Virus record (IMG/VR): IMGVR_UViG_3300046660_000219
Coordinates: 1-64,000 of that record
Length of the DNA stretch: 64,000 bases
Direction: 5' to 3' (one strand)
Under the pieces are notes generated by a model, which worked only from the letters and a program-made list of their open reading frames with translations, searched no databases and was not told the DNA's origin. This document shows positions 28,379 to 38,500 of this stretch, one piece after another. Made by a program: the position numbers and the translations under genes. Each line of letters opens with the position of its first letter. The stretch's first letter is position 1.

Positions 28379-28413
28379 AAAGCCCGTCAGGCCTCGTGCT
28401 TGGCGGGTTTTTT
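28379..28413 (+). terminator. Intrinsic terminator, near-identical copy at 62707
   Basis: AAGCCCGTCAGGC-CTCGT-GCTTGGCGGGTTTTTT. Confidence 0.85.
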
Positions 28414-28507
28414 CGTGTCCGTACACTTAGCATTTAGCTAATTTACTGTAGAACGGAACGCTACCCGCCGACGTTCCCACTGTTTTGTTATTCAAGGTTT
28501 CGAGCCT

Positions 28508-29530
28508 ATGAAGGACTCTCGTTCGTTTGAGGCTGTGACGCGTGAATTGCGTAGGCAAGAAGCCGTTGGCGAAAAGGTAATCGCTAGCATCAAGGCTTTC
28601 CGTCCAGCAGGCAAGGCCAAGATCACCTTGGCTAACGCTAGTATCATGCTCGGTAATGCCGAATCCGTGATGCGTGAAGTCTCCACGCTGCGCGACGAGC
28701 TACGCCTCAATGCGTTTGCGGTTGAGGCGCGCTATGTCCAGCGTAACGCGATTGATCTGGATACCCTTTACGACAATCTGTTGGCCGCCGCTAACGATCT
28801 AGTCGAAAAGGCCAGCCCGATAGCGCCACTGGGTGCGTGCACTGACGTTATCGATACCGTTACTGCGGCATTGGTAAACGGTGGTCAAAACTGGGCTGCG
28901 CGTACGTCGGCTTTTTCTGAAAGTCCGACGACATCGTTCATCATCGCTACCTATACACGTCAGCCTTATACGGATGGCGATAACAAGTTGGTGGTGATTG
29001 TGTCGGTCGAGTATCCAGACACCGGTTATGCCCCGACGTCGGCCCGCTACGCGCTCAGCGTCCTTTACGGACCACTTGAGGCCTATGTCTGGGAAGCCAA
29101 CGTTGTGCACCGTAGCTTCAGCGTCAACCTGGGTGCTGCTAGCAGCACTATTGGTACACGTGCCGCTGACATCATCGCTAGCCGCCTGGAACGTGATGAC
29201 GTGACTCTACGATTTAATCGTAGGTTCAAGCAACCACGTCGCGCTAACGAGATTCGTGCCGATGACATCTGCGGTATGAGCATTCTACCGTTAGCTATCA
29301 CCGATATGGACGAGGAGCGTTGTCTTCTTACTGTCGGTGTTGATCTGCCTGGATTGATCAGCCCTACGTCGCTAGTTGCACTAGGTAGCGAGATCAAGCG
29401 GCGCACGATTAACCAGCTTGGTATCCGCGATATCAACGTCACGGATGAAGCTACACTTGTTATCGGCTTTGTCCCAGAGACGGATATGTCGTTGGCGGCC
29501 GAGCGGATCAAGAAGCTAGCGCAACGATAG
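28508..29530 (+). CDS. Hypothetical protein, late cluster
   Basis: 340-aa ORF after CTAATTTA at 28438. Confidence 0.75.
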   Translation: MKDSRSFEAVTRELRRQEAVGEKVIASIKAFRPAGKAKITLANASIMLGNAESVMREVSTLRDELRLNAFAVEARYVQRNAIDLDTLYDNLLAAANDLVEKASPIAPLGACTDVIDTVTAALVNGGQNWAARTSAFSESPTTSFIIATYTRQPYTDGDNKLVVIVSVEYPDTGYAPTSARYALSVLYGPLEAYVWEANVVHRSFSVNLGAASSTIGTRAADIIASRLERDDVTLRFNRRFKQPRRANEIRADDICGMSILPLAITDMDEERCLLTVGVDLPGLISPTSLVALGSEIKRRTINQLGIRDINVTDEATLVIGFVPETDMSLAAERIKKLAQR

Positions 29531-29539
29531 GAGACGGCA

Positions 29540-30652
29540 ATGCTACTGTATCCGTCATCCAATACCGTTGTGTCGCAGTTTTTCGATCCCAGTGTGCTTA
29601 GCATCACGGTAGAAGCGCGAGATTTCAACGGTCTTAGCTTGCCAATCACACCGCCAACTAAAGCGGTTGATGGTACGTGGAGCGCTACGCTTACTATTCC
29701 TGCCGCCGCGCCATTGTGCACTGTTGCGACCGACTACTACACGCTGACGTGGATCAACGGCACTAGCCGCACTATCCTACAGTTTCAAGTAGTAGGTTAC
29801 AGTGAAGGTCAAGAAGAGCCACCGCCAGCCGCGCTAGGGATAATCAACCAAAACCTCTACGACCAAGTCATCCTACCGTCCAACACAGATACTATTTCTG
29901 TCTCACTGTTGGATTTGGCTGGCAACGTAGTGTTAACGGCTGATCCCAGTGATATCACGTTGGTCGGCGAGAATCCCGGAGGTAAACAGTATCACGTAAA
30001 GTTTGCACTGGGTAACAACGCACTGCCTGCTGGTGTGACGCTGTACATCGGTGAGTACATCATGCTTTGGGAGTTCGGTCAGGGTGCGTTACAGGCGCAA
30101 GAGTACCGGCAAACCTTCATGATCACGTCAATGACGGCAGCATTGGTAACTGGGCTGCGTAACTCTCTGAAGCAGGTTATGTCCGCTTGGTTGCCGCGTC
30201 ACCAGATGCACGACGTTGAGCTTATCGATTGTTTGTACCGGGCAGCAGATCGTATCAATACGGAGCCACCGCAAGCCTGGAACTTCACGCCCGATAGACT
30301 ACAAAAACTTGTACCGATGGCTTTGCGGGAGGCTGGTGTTTACGAGGTGTTGTCGCGACTCTATTTAGCTGAAGGTATGGCGGCGTTTGATTATCAAGGT
30401 GGTTCTATTTCCGCCAACATCGACCGCACACAATATCTTCAATCGCGTATGCAAGAGGCCACGTCGTGGTTGGATAGCCATCTGAAGCAAAACAAGCTCA
30501 TGGCCGCCCGCAAATCTGGTCTGTCGCCGATCGGTGCGCTGCGCATCACGGTTAGTCCGACCGGAAACAATAACAACTTCGCTGCTATTCGCCCAAGCAC
30601 GGCGGAAATGTTCGCGTTGAGCGGTGCTCGCTCTTACTTTTTTGCTTCCTAA
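29540..30652 (+). CDS. Putative neck/head-tail adaptor protein
   Basis: Ig-like N-terminal half; LYLAEGMAAFDYQGGSISANIDRT pattern. Confidence 0.5.
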   Translation: MLLYPSSNTVVSQFFDPSVLSITVEARDFNGLSLPITPPTKAVDGTWSATLTIPAAAPLCTVATDYYTLTWINGTSRTILQFQVVGYSEGQEEPPPAALGIINQNLYDQVILPSNTDTISVSLLDLAGNVVLTADPSDITLVGENPGGKQYHVKFALGNNALPAGVTLYIGEYIMLWEFGQGALQAQEYRQTFMITSMTAALVTGLRNSLKQVMSAWLPRHQMHDVELIDCLYRAADRINTEPPQAWNFTPDRLQKLVPMALREAGVYEVLSRLYLAEGMAAFDYQGGSISANIDRTQYLQSRMQEATSWLDSHLKQNKLMAARKSGLSPIGALRITVSPTGNNNNFAAIRPSTAEMFALSGARSYFFAS

Positions 30653-30680
30653 CCAAACATTTTCTTCGGAGTAACTTTCC

Positions 30681-31481
30681 ATGTCTAACATTCCTACCGT
30701 CGCTAACGTGCGTACTTTCGAAGTCGCTCGTGACAACACTGTCGCCAACGTTCTCGCCATCACTGGCGGTCGAGTGGAAACCGCTGCTGCGTACGACCAG
30801 AAGGTTCGCGACGTTACCGGCGGCAAGTTGGAACTGGTTCCCGGCTCGCTGCGAAAGGTTAAGACCGAAGTCGCCTCGGCGCTTCCGGCCGTAGCCTTCC
30901 ACGTGCGCGCCGTTCGTGAAAGCCTTCCTTACGAGGAAGCTGCGAATATGCGTACCGTTGTTGAGGCAAATGTTTTTGAAGACACGTCGGATTCCATCTG
31001 GCAAGTCGTCGAAGCTAACGGCGTGAAGCGTCTGCTGAAGAAGACCGACACGGATATCGGCGCTCTCCTCGCCAAGGTAGCTGCTACCAATGTGACCTTC
31101 GTTGCGGCTAGCACTTATGCTGCCAATGCGTTGGATCACTTCCAAAACGGTAACTTCATCGCTTACGCCAACGCTAATGGCGAGCTTGATCACGGTGTTG
31201 CCGTGCGCGGTGATGACGGTGCTATCCACGTCGTGTCGGTGTCTACCAATGAAATGGTAGCTATCGACGATGCGCAGGTCGTCGCCCATGCGCCGTTTAC
31301 GGCTGTCGCGGAAGAAGGTGATACGAGCGCTGAAGTGGCCAGTCTGAACGTCGTCACTGCTGCGCCGCTAGACAGCGGACAGCGTGTGCGTGTGAAAGAC
31401 TATTACCGTGTGCTCTATGAAAAGCGCGGTGAATTCTGGGCTATCCTGTCGACTCAAATCGACAACATGTTCAAGGCTTAA
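30681..31481 (+). CDS. Putative head/virion protein
   Basis: Strong codon bias, several ExA motifs, C-terminal DYYRVLY. Confidence 0.6.
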   Translation: MSNIPTVANVRTFEVARDNTVANVLAITGGRVETAAAYDQKVRDVTGGKLELVPGSLRKVKTEVASALPAVAFHVRAVRESLPYEEAANMRTVVEANVFEDTSDSIWQVVEANGVKRLLKKTDTDIGALLAKVAATNVTFVAASTYAANALDHFQNGNFIAYANANGELDHGVAVRGDDGAIHVVSVSTNEMVAIDDAQVVAHAPFTAVAEEGDTSAEVASLNVVTAAPLDSGQRVRVKDYYRVLYEKRGEFWAILSTQIDNMFKA

Positions 31482-31556
31482 TAGCTAAGAACGGTAAGAA
31501 ATCAGGGCGGGCCAATCTAGGTCCGCCCTTACTAACTGTATGTTTGAGGTGAACCG

Positions 31557-32375
31557 ATGCGAAACGCTCCGAAGGTGAGTGTCTTCCTTATGGACCAAAG
31601 CGCTCACAAGGCGCTGAACACGCTGGTGGATGCGTGGAGCACGGTGGTTAATCCCAACAGCGAAGAGGATATGGTAGAAACGCCGGAGCTTTCGCCAGAT
31701 AAACGCGCTGTGCTCATGCATGCCATTTTCGACAAGCTTTCTGAGATCGCGCCAGAACTAATGACTGGCGACATCGTCGATAACGGCGAAGATGACGAGC
31801 CTGATGAGGACTACGACGCAGACGAGTACGCTCGCGCCTTTGAGACGGCGGGTGACAAGGACATGTCAAAGTTCTACAAGGCCTTTATGGGTAAGATGCG
31901 TAATGGCGTTGCACCATGGCACAACAACGTGCAAGCTTTCCTGCGCTTCTGGGCTGATCTTGGCAATGCTACGGCTGCTAAATCCCCGGCGGTTGATGGT
32001 GAGATTGGTTACCGTTTATCCGTGGTTCCGGATGACGCTCTAGAGGTCGCGGGTGGCTCGTTGCCCACGCCGCTGTTGATGGCGTTGCAACGCTATGGTT
32101 TCCAGCGCAACCACAATGACTCTAGCCTCATCAAATACGAGTTGATGGGTGGCGGGGATTCGCTGCCTAGCGGTTTCCGCTTGGACGTGGTGCGCAATAC
32201 CAACGAACCTACGGGCCACTACGTAGTTACTCTTTTTGCTAACGTGAACACTACCCGCGATTTTGGTCGTCCTGTACGTGAGCGCACGTTAGACTCTAGT
32301 GTGAAGACTGACAAAATCATTGACGTTATCGGACAAATGATAACGCGCGCCAGTACACATGAAGTGGTGGGATAG
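31557..32375 (+). CDS. Hypothetical protein, putative internal head protein
   Basis: GAGGTG RBS; acidic linker followed by AFETA. Confidence 0.65.
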   Translation: MRNAPKVSVFLMDQSAHKALNTLVDAWSTVVNPNSEEDMVETPELSPDKRAVLMHAIFDKLSEIAPELMTGDIVDNGEDDEPDEDYDADEYARAFETAGDKDMSKFYKAFMGKMRNGVAPWHNNVQAFLRFWADLGNATAAKSPAVDGEIGYRLSVVPDDALEVAGGSLPTPLLMALQRYGFQRNHNDSSLIKYELMGGGDSLPSGFRLDVVRNTNEPTGHYVVTLFANVNTTRDFGRPVRERTLDSSVKTDKIIDVIGQMITRASTHEVVG

Positions 32376-32386
32376 GAGACGCGATT

Positions 32387-32710
32387 ATGGAAATCAAAGC
32401 AAGCGCGATGACCGCTGCTGGTATTGGTAGTTTGGTGGGAATGGTGCTAACCAGACCTACTTCGATTACCGAAGCAGTCCTGTCTCTGTTCACCGGTGGC
32501 GTTACAGCCTACTATTTAGGTGAAGAAGTCGCCAAACTCATCCACTTCAACAACGGTGCAGCAACCTTTCTCGTCGGTGCGCTAGGCATGGCGGCGTTGA
32601 AGATTCTGAATGCGTTGGTCACTAAGATGGCGTCCGATCCATTACTATTTGTTGATCGGTTGATCAGCACGTGGTTCAACCGTGGCGGTGCCGCCAAACA
32701 GGAGGCTTAG
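32387..32710 (+). CDS. Holin-like membrane protein
   Basis: 107 aa with about three hydrophobic segments. Confidence 0.55.
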   Translation: MEIKASAMTAAGIGSLVGMVLTRPTSITEAVLSLFTGGVTAYYLGEEVAKLIHFNNGAATFLVGALGMAALKILNALVTKMASDPLLFVDRLISTWFNRGGAAKQEA

Positions 32711-32717
32711 ACGCGCC

Positions 32718-33071
32718 ATGACATTTGACACTGTTGTAAACCTGCTAGCTGTTGTCTCTCTGGTCCTCACGAGTTTCGTGCTCGTGATGATACAGTTTCG
32801 TTACTACAGCTACAGCCGGTTCAATCCGCGCCGCCTCATGTATTTGACCGGTGCTGGAGCGTCTTTCACATTCGCAGTGCAAATTCTGGCGCGTACCTCG
32901 CCATTCTTCGATCCGCTGTTACGGTTTTTGCCGGTACAGCCGATCGAAAAGATTCTGGCGTTCATCGTCTTAGGTCTTGTACTGCACACGTGGTCACACC
33001 TATCGAGATCAGACCCGGATCACATCCGCAACACACCTATCATTCCTCACGAACTACTCCCCTGGAAATAG
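32718..33071 (+). CDS. Small multi-pass membrane protein
   Basis: Three hydrophobic segments; follows holin-like gene. Confidence 0.6.
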   Translation: MTFDTVVNLLAVVSLVLTSFVLVMIQFRYYSYSRFNPRRLMYLTGAGASFTFAVQILARTSPFFDPLLRFLPVQPIEKILAFIVLGLVLHTWSHLSRSDPDHIRNTPIIPHELLPWK

Positions 33072-33080
33072 ATAGCCGTC

Positions 33081-33776
33081 ATGCAAGGTCAACGGATGGG
33101 CAACAAGCGACGTGCGCGTACTGAAGACGCTGCACCTTGGGACGATGACGACAACACGTCCTTAACGGTATACTCTCACGACGTCAGCGCCGATACTAAG
33201 CCCCGCAAGAATGTGGTGCCTGGAAAAGGTAGCTTTCGCGGTGCACTGCCTGTTGCTGCTCCTACTGCTGATCTAGACGGCATTCAAGAGGGTCACGAAG
33301 CGTATGGTAAGGCCATGCGTCGGCTAGCCAAACGTGTTCGTGATCTCGATCGTCCGTATAACAGCGTCGCGATCAAGGAAGAGGCTACGCGCCAAGCGCT
33401 AGGCTCGATTATGCGCTTGGTGCAGTTGTCAGAACAACAGTACATTGAGACGCGTTCTGACAAATCGAGCTATGCGCACTCAAACCTTTTGTCTCAGCAG
33501 CAATCCTTGCTCGCTGAGATGGCTACGATGGTTACCACCGATGCTCAAGCTGAGCGGGTGATCGCCGAAGTCATGCGCCCGGCGTTTGCTGACGTTCTAC
33601 AGTTTGTAGTGGCAGAGATTGGCGCGATCCGCCAAGCTTTGACCAATGCTAAAGACATGGCCACGCTGCAACGCAATACTAATCAGTCTCTAGGTAACCT
33701 GTTGCGCTCTCTAGGGACGTACATGCAGGAAGCGTCAGACAAGGCTGAGAGTGAGACGGCACGTGCGCTAAAATAG
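33081..33776 (+). CDS. Alpha-helical hypothetical protein
   Basis: 231-aa ORF in operon. Confidence 0.7.
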   Translation: MQGQRMGNKRRARTEDAAPWDDDDNTSLTVYSHDVSADTKPRKNVVPGKGSFRGALPVAAPTADLDGIQEGHEAYGKAMRRLAKRVRDLDRPYNSVAIKEEATRQALGSIMRLVQLSEQQYIETRSDKSSYAHSNLLSQQQSLLAEMATMVTTDAQAERVIAEVMRPAFADVLQFVVAEIGAIRQALTNAKDMATLQRNTNQSLGNLLRSLGTYMQEASDKAESETARALK

Positions 33777-33788
33777 TAAGGTATCATC

Positions 33789-34151
33789 ATGCGGTACATG
33801 CGCGGTGCTCCCAACTACGGGCCACCTAAGATGGCAAAACCCCGTAGCGTGCTAACCAAACAGTACCGCATGCCTGATGCTTATGGTACGGCTGACGAAT
33901 GGGCGCAAACTCGCACGCATATCTTGCGGCGCGATAACTACACCTGTCAGTATAGGGGATGTGGTCTTTACCGCCCGCCTCCCAAGCATGGCGCTTTACA
34001 CGTGCATCACATCTTACCGTTATCTCGCGGCGGTACGAACGCGCACCACAACCTGATTACTCTGTGTCACCCTTGTCACGACAAGACGCACGAAGAGCTA
34101 GATCGGTCCCACGGTAAGACACCAAGGAAGCGCACTTATGGTCGCACCTAG
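33789..34151 (+). CDS. HNH endonuclease
   Basis: RDNYTCQ..C, VHHILPLSRGGTNAHHNLITLCHPCHDKTH. Confidence 0.9.
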   Translation: MRYMRGAPNYGPPKMAKPRSVLTKQYRMPDAYGTADEWAQTRTHILRRDNYTCQYRGCGLYRPPPKHGALHVHHILPLSRGGTNAHHNLITLCHPCHDKTHEELDRSHGKTPRKRTYGRT

Positions 34152-34605
34152 CCCACGCATCAAGCCGCTACCTTTTGGCAAGCCCACGCAGGTAACCAAG
34201 TTCGGTAGCGAGCGCTTCAGACCCGAGAACTTACCGCCGCTCAACATTCGTGAATGGGTGATGCTCAGTCCAGAAGGGCGCGCACATCTGTTCTCGTCTA
34301 CGTCAGATCAACAAGCCGCTGATACAAGCTTGAAACCTGTGTTCGGCAAGACCTTCGTGGAAATGCTGCAATTAGGATGGATGTCTATAAGTAATGGTAG
34401 CGTTCGTCTTCCGGTGATCACCATGTTGGCTGGTCACGATATGGGAATACGGCAGCTCGCGGCGTTTCGCGTAGTGCTGAACCGTTACCCTACGGATCTG
34501 ATTACTATTATCGTGCGTGCGTACAGCCCCCAAGATAAAGCCTACAACAACGTCGGTCAATTTCGTACAAAGATCGGTGCTGAAATGGGCGCGCGGGGTG
34601 GCTAA
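34138..34605 (+). CDS. Hypothetical protein
   Basis: 155-aa ORF overlapping HNH stop. Confidence 0.65.
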   Translation: MVAPSPRIKPLPFGKPTQVTKFGSERFRPENLPPLNIREWVMLSPEGRAHLFSSTSDQQAADTSLKPVFGKTFVEMLQLGWMSISNGSVRLPVITMLAGHDMGIRQLAAFRVVLNRYPTDLITIIVRAYSPQDKAYNNVGQFRTKIGAEMGARGG

Positions 34606-34635
34606 CTCGCTGCCGTCTAGTGGTGGGTTACTGTC

Positions 34636-35535
34636 ATGCTGCGACCGCGCCGCCAGCTATTGGTAGATTGCGACTTTAATCGGCCGTTCATGAATGGTTA
34701 CTATTATTGTCGCTACAACAAGATGCTGTTTCGTGCCTATCACCTGTTACTGCAAGATCCCAGGAGCGCCAAAGCACTACTAGGTCTGTTGCAGGACTTA
34801 ACGCCTAATTTTCGAGGCGTTGTGAACCGCACGCGTCATTCTATAGTTTTCACGCTATTCGCTGGTCGATTTATCGCGGCAACAGCTACCTACGATTTGT
34901 TTCACGACACGCTCATTGACGTGCGCTCGTATCAGCGCAGGAGTGGCCTTGCGCGTATGCTCGTAGGGTTCATTTGCCGACACTTCGGCCCCCGCCATAT
35001 CACAGCCCGCGCCAGCCTCGATGAGCCGGGTGCACCCACATATGTTCTGCTACCCTTTTACGCAAGTTTCGGGTACCAGATCATCCCCAACAGTGACAGG
35101 TTGATCCTAATGCCCCAACTCGCCGAAATCATCCGAGAAGACAAGGCCGACCTCGCGGAAGAGAGCGAGGAAATGGAAGGCAAGGATGGTGTTGAAGAAG
35201 CTGGCGCTGATCCGCTAGATAGTGATGAAACGCTAGCTTTGACGGCGGTCCGTGCGGCTGTTAGTCGCAACGATTCCGCCAAGCTGGCGCAGCTTTATCG
35301 CTTGCTTCACAAGCCCAATTCTGATACTGTTAACAGCTTGCTCGCCAGCCAAGATCGAACCCCGGCGGCACTGCTTACAGCTACCACTATCTACACGGTT
35401 GACTGGTTCGATAACCAGCCGTGGGCGGACTATCACAAATCGGAATTCGCTGCCGGTATGCTTCAGATGATCCATACTATTTTGGGTCAGACGAACATCG
35501 TCTGGGAACGCTACGCCAATCTGTCCGCCGACTAA
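34636..35535 (+). CDS. GNAT-like acetyltransferase domain fused to an acidic/helical domain
   Basis: VRSYQRRSGLARML and PFYASFGY. Confidence 0.55.
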   Translation: MLRPRRQLLVDCDFNRPFMNGYYYCRYNKMLFRAYHLLLQDPRSAKALLGLLQDLTPNFRGVVNRTRHSIVFTLFAGRFIAATATYDLFHDTLIDVRSYQRRSGLARMLVGFICRHFGPRHITARASLDEPGAPTYVLLPFYASFGYQIIPNSDRLILMPQLAEIIREDKADLAEESEEMEGKDGVEEAGADPLDSDETLALTAVRAAVSRNDSAKLAQLYRLLHKPNSDTVNSLLASQDRTPAALLTATTIYTVDWFDNQPWADYHKSEFAAGMLQMIHTILGQTNIVWERYANLSAD

Positions 35536-35563
35536 CATCAACCAGCGAACACCCGAGGACACT

Positions 35564-38500
35564 ATGTACGTTGACAAGCTTGGCGGTGATGTTTCGCACA
35601 CCGCGCTTTCGCTGGCTATGCCTGAGCATGCTCCGCTTCCCACGCGCGATAGGGAAATCGCCCTTACAAAGGGTAAGAACAAAACTCCGCGTACGGCTAT
35701 TGGTAAGGACATCGCAGCGAAGAACGAAGAGACGGCGCGCGAAGTCCATAACTCCTTGCGTCAGATTGGTCTTACCGTCGCCTATGCTAGCTTAACCGTG
35801 GCTACGTTCCTGCGTGGTGCTGGTTTACGTAGTCTAGATGATCGTGGTCAAGAAGTCGGTACGCTGCGACGTGAAACGGATCACGATCCGCAAAAGGCTA
35901 ACTCCATCGCGGCTGGCGCACTGTCTGCGGAAAGCTTGTTCAAGCACGCGGCATATGATGACGATACTATTACGTTCACGATGGGCAAGTTGAACGGCGC
36001 GGCGTCGATCATTATCGATCCCTATTCGGATAACTTCGAAACGGTAATCAAGCGTGTCCTCCCGGCGTACAACAAGCCGGTTGGTTACGAGAAAGCTGGT
36101 TACAGCTCGGTCAACCTCGATTTCGGTGACAAGACTGACGAAGATTTCGATCTTACCATTGCGTATGACGATCTAGTCAAGGCTATTCAAGGTACTGGTA
36201 TCGAACTGGACACGCCGCTGTTCTGTGGCAAAGCCAAGCTACCGAAAGGTGTGCGAATCGATATCAACCTGCAAGGGTCTATGCGCGCTAGTGTACAAAC
36301 GGTAACGTCATTCCCGTCGCTAGCGTCCCTGACTAATGGTAAGGGTAGCATAACGTCGAATATGTACGCCATCATGCCTGTCGTGGCCACCGTGAAGGTG
36401 ACTGTGCCAAAGGCCTGGGCGATGTGGGCGACGTACGCGGATAATGATTCCGAATTCGTCCCTACTCTGGCTATGTCGCACTTCTCTACTCTTCTGGCAA
36501 CCGCTGTCGGTACCAAAGGTGGTCGTAGCAACGGCATTACGAAGCGTGATCCGTTCGACAAGGAGAACGAAGCGAAGTTTGCGAACAACTTTGCCAAGAT
36601 CAGTGCGCGTATTAGTAACGTCGCCACGGCTAAGCGCCTAAATCAATCCCGTGCGAAGGTGCTGGGTTTTGAGGCTAAAATCCGTACCAATAAAGATGGC
36701 TACGCCATTCTTCCTAACGGCGAGTTGTGGTTCATTCCGCCGACCGACAATGTCGCGGAATTCGTCAAGCTTTCCAAGGAAGCTTCGGACGGCACGATTG
36801 ATGGTTCGCGCTTCGACTACCCGTCGCGTATCCTTTACGTCGATGCGGTCAACGAAGTCCTCGTGCACACTACGGCGTCATCTACCATTCATACGGTGGA
36901 CTTGCGCGGTAGTCGGCCGCTCGATGACATCTCGCAAGCTAAGTACAGCGCGACCTGGGCGTTAAACCCTACGGCGCTCAAGCACCTGTCGCTGTTTAAC
37001 GGTGCGGATCTTCCGGTCCCGGCTGCATTTATAGCTAGCCTTATCCGCAACAACAACAAAAACAACGAAGTACTAGCCAACGTCCCGTATTTCGCTGATC
37101 TCTGGCGACCTATTCCGGAGAACGGTTCACATGCGGGCGCATCTGCCATGCAAGCCGGTGACTGGTCGCAGCTCATCCGTCTAACAGACGGCAAGAATAC
37201 CTATATGATCAGTGACCCGGCAGAGCGTGAGCGTCTGTTGGGTATCTTGGCGCTTAAGCGTAGCAACGCTGATGTTGATCAAGAAACTGTATGGGCTGCG
37301 GAAAATCGTGTCATCGGTGCGATCCACGAAGCCGCCTTGGCCTTCACCACGGAAGCTCAAAAGTTTGCCGCTAGCGGTGGCCTAGAGCTGAACATGCCGG
37401 AAGGCGCACACAGCGTTTCGACCACGAACCAAGTGCGAATTGCGCTGTATGCGTTTACCCATTTGCTGTCGCGTTGGCCGGAATGTGAATCTAAGCGTCA
37501 GCGCAAGTTCTACGCCAACACACCCAAACCTCTTGATCGCATGGCTTTGAAAGACAAGCCTATTGCGATCCCAAACGTCGATATCGATACCGGTCTGTCG
37601 TACCTTTTCCCACACCAAGCGGAAGTGGTCCAGAACATCGATATCGCTGATCCGCCGGAAGCTGCGGTAATTGGTGGTGCGCCTGGTTTTGGTAAGACCA
37701 ACGTCATCATGGCGGACGTGTTGCTCTTGCTACAAAAAGGTAAGATCAAGCGCCCGCTGGTCGTTGTTCCGAACAAGTTGGAAGGCCAATTTATTAGCGA
37801 GATCAACCGCTTCACTCGCGGTCGGGTCAACGCTTACTGCGCCACCTTCCAAAACCTCAAGGACATGCAGTCGCCAGACGGCCTAAACTTCTCCTATGAA
37901 GAGACCGTCAAGTTCCTGCGCGATCTACCGCCGAATACCATTTTGGTTACCAACTACAACACGCTGACCAACAGCTTCTCGCAGTTCCCGCAACTGTATG
38001 ACTCGATGGCGGCGTACGATACGGTAGGCACGACGCAACAGCTCATGTCGTTCCCGTTCGTGGACATGTTCTATGCGGCGGGTGTGGACTACGTGTGCGG
38101 CGACGAGAGCCACAAGGTCAAAAACCTTAAGGCTGGTCGTGGTCAAGCGTTCTTAGCGCTTTGCGCCAAGGTCGATTACATCCGTCTGTCTTCCGGTACT
38201 ACCGTTAACAACGTGGTTTCTGACCTCGTTGGCCAGATGCAGAAGATCAATCCGCTGGCGCTGGGTGCATCGGTTGAGGCTTTCCAGAAAAGGTTCTTGG
38301 GCGGTGACAAGCAAGTCACTCGTGCAAGCCAAGCGGAAGACATCACCGAAGCCATGCGTGAATACGCTATGGTTATCCAAAAGGATAGTCGTAGCTGGGC
38401 GTACATGTTGCCGCCGTTGACGGAAATCTATCACCGCGTCGAGTTGACGACGCTGCAAGCTCGTTACTACGCCATTCTATTTTACAAGATGGCCGCGCTG

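Noticed and set aside
31504-31531. Terminator after 30681..31481
   Set aside because: Good stem but almost no U-tract; function uncertain
33081-33776. Terminase small subunit call
   Set aside because: Only helical character and HNH adjacency; no diagnostic motif
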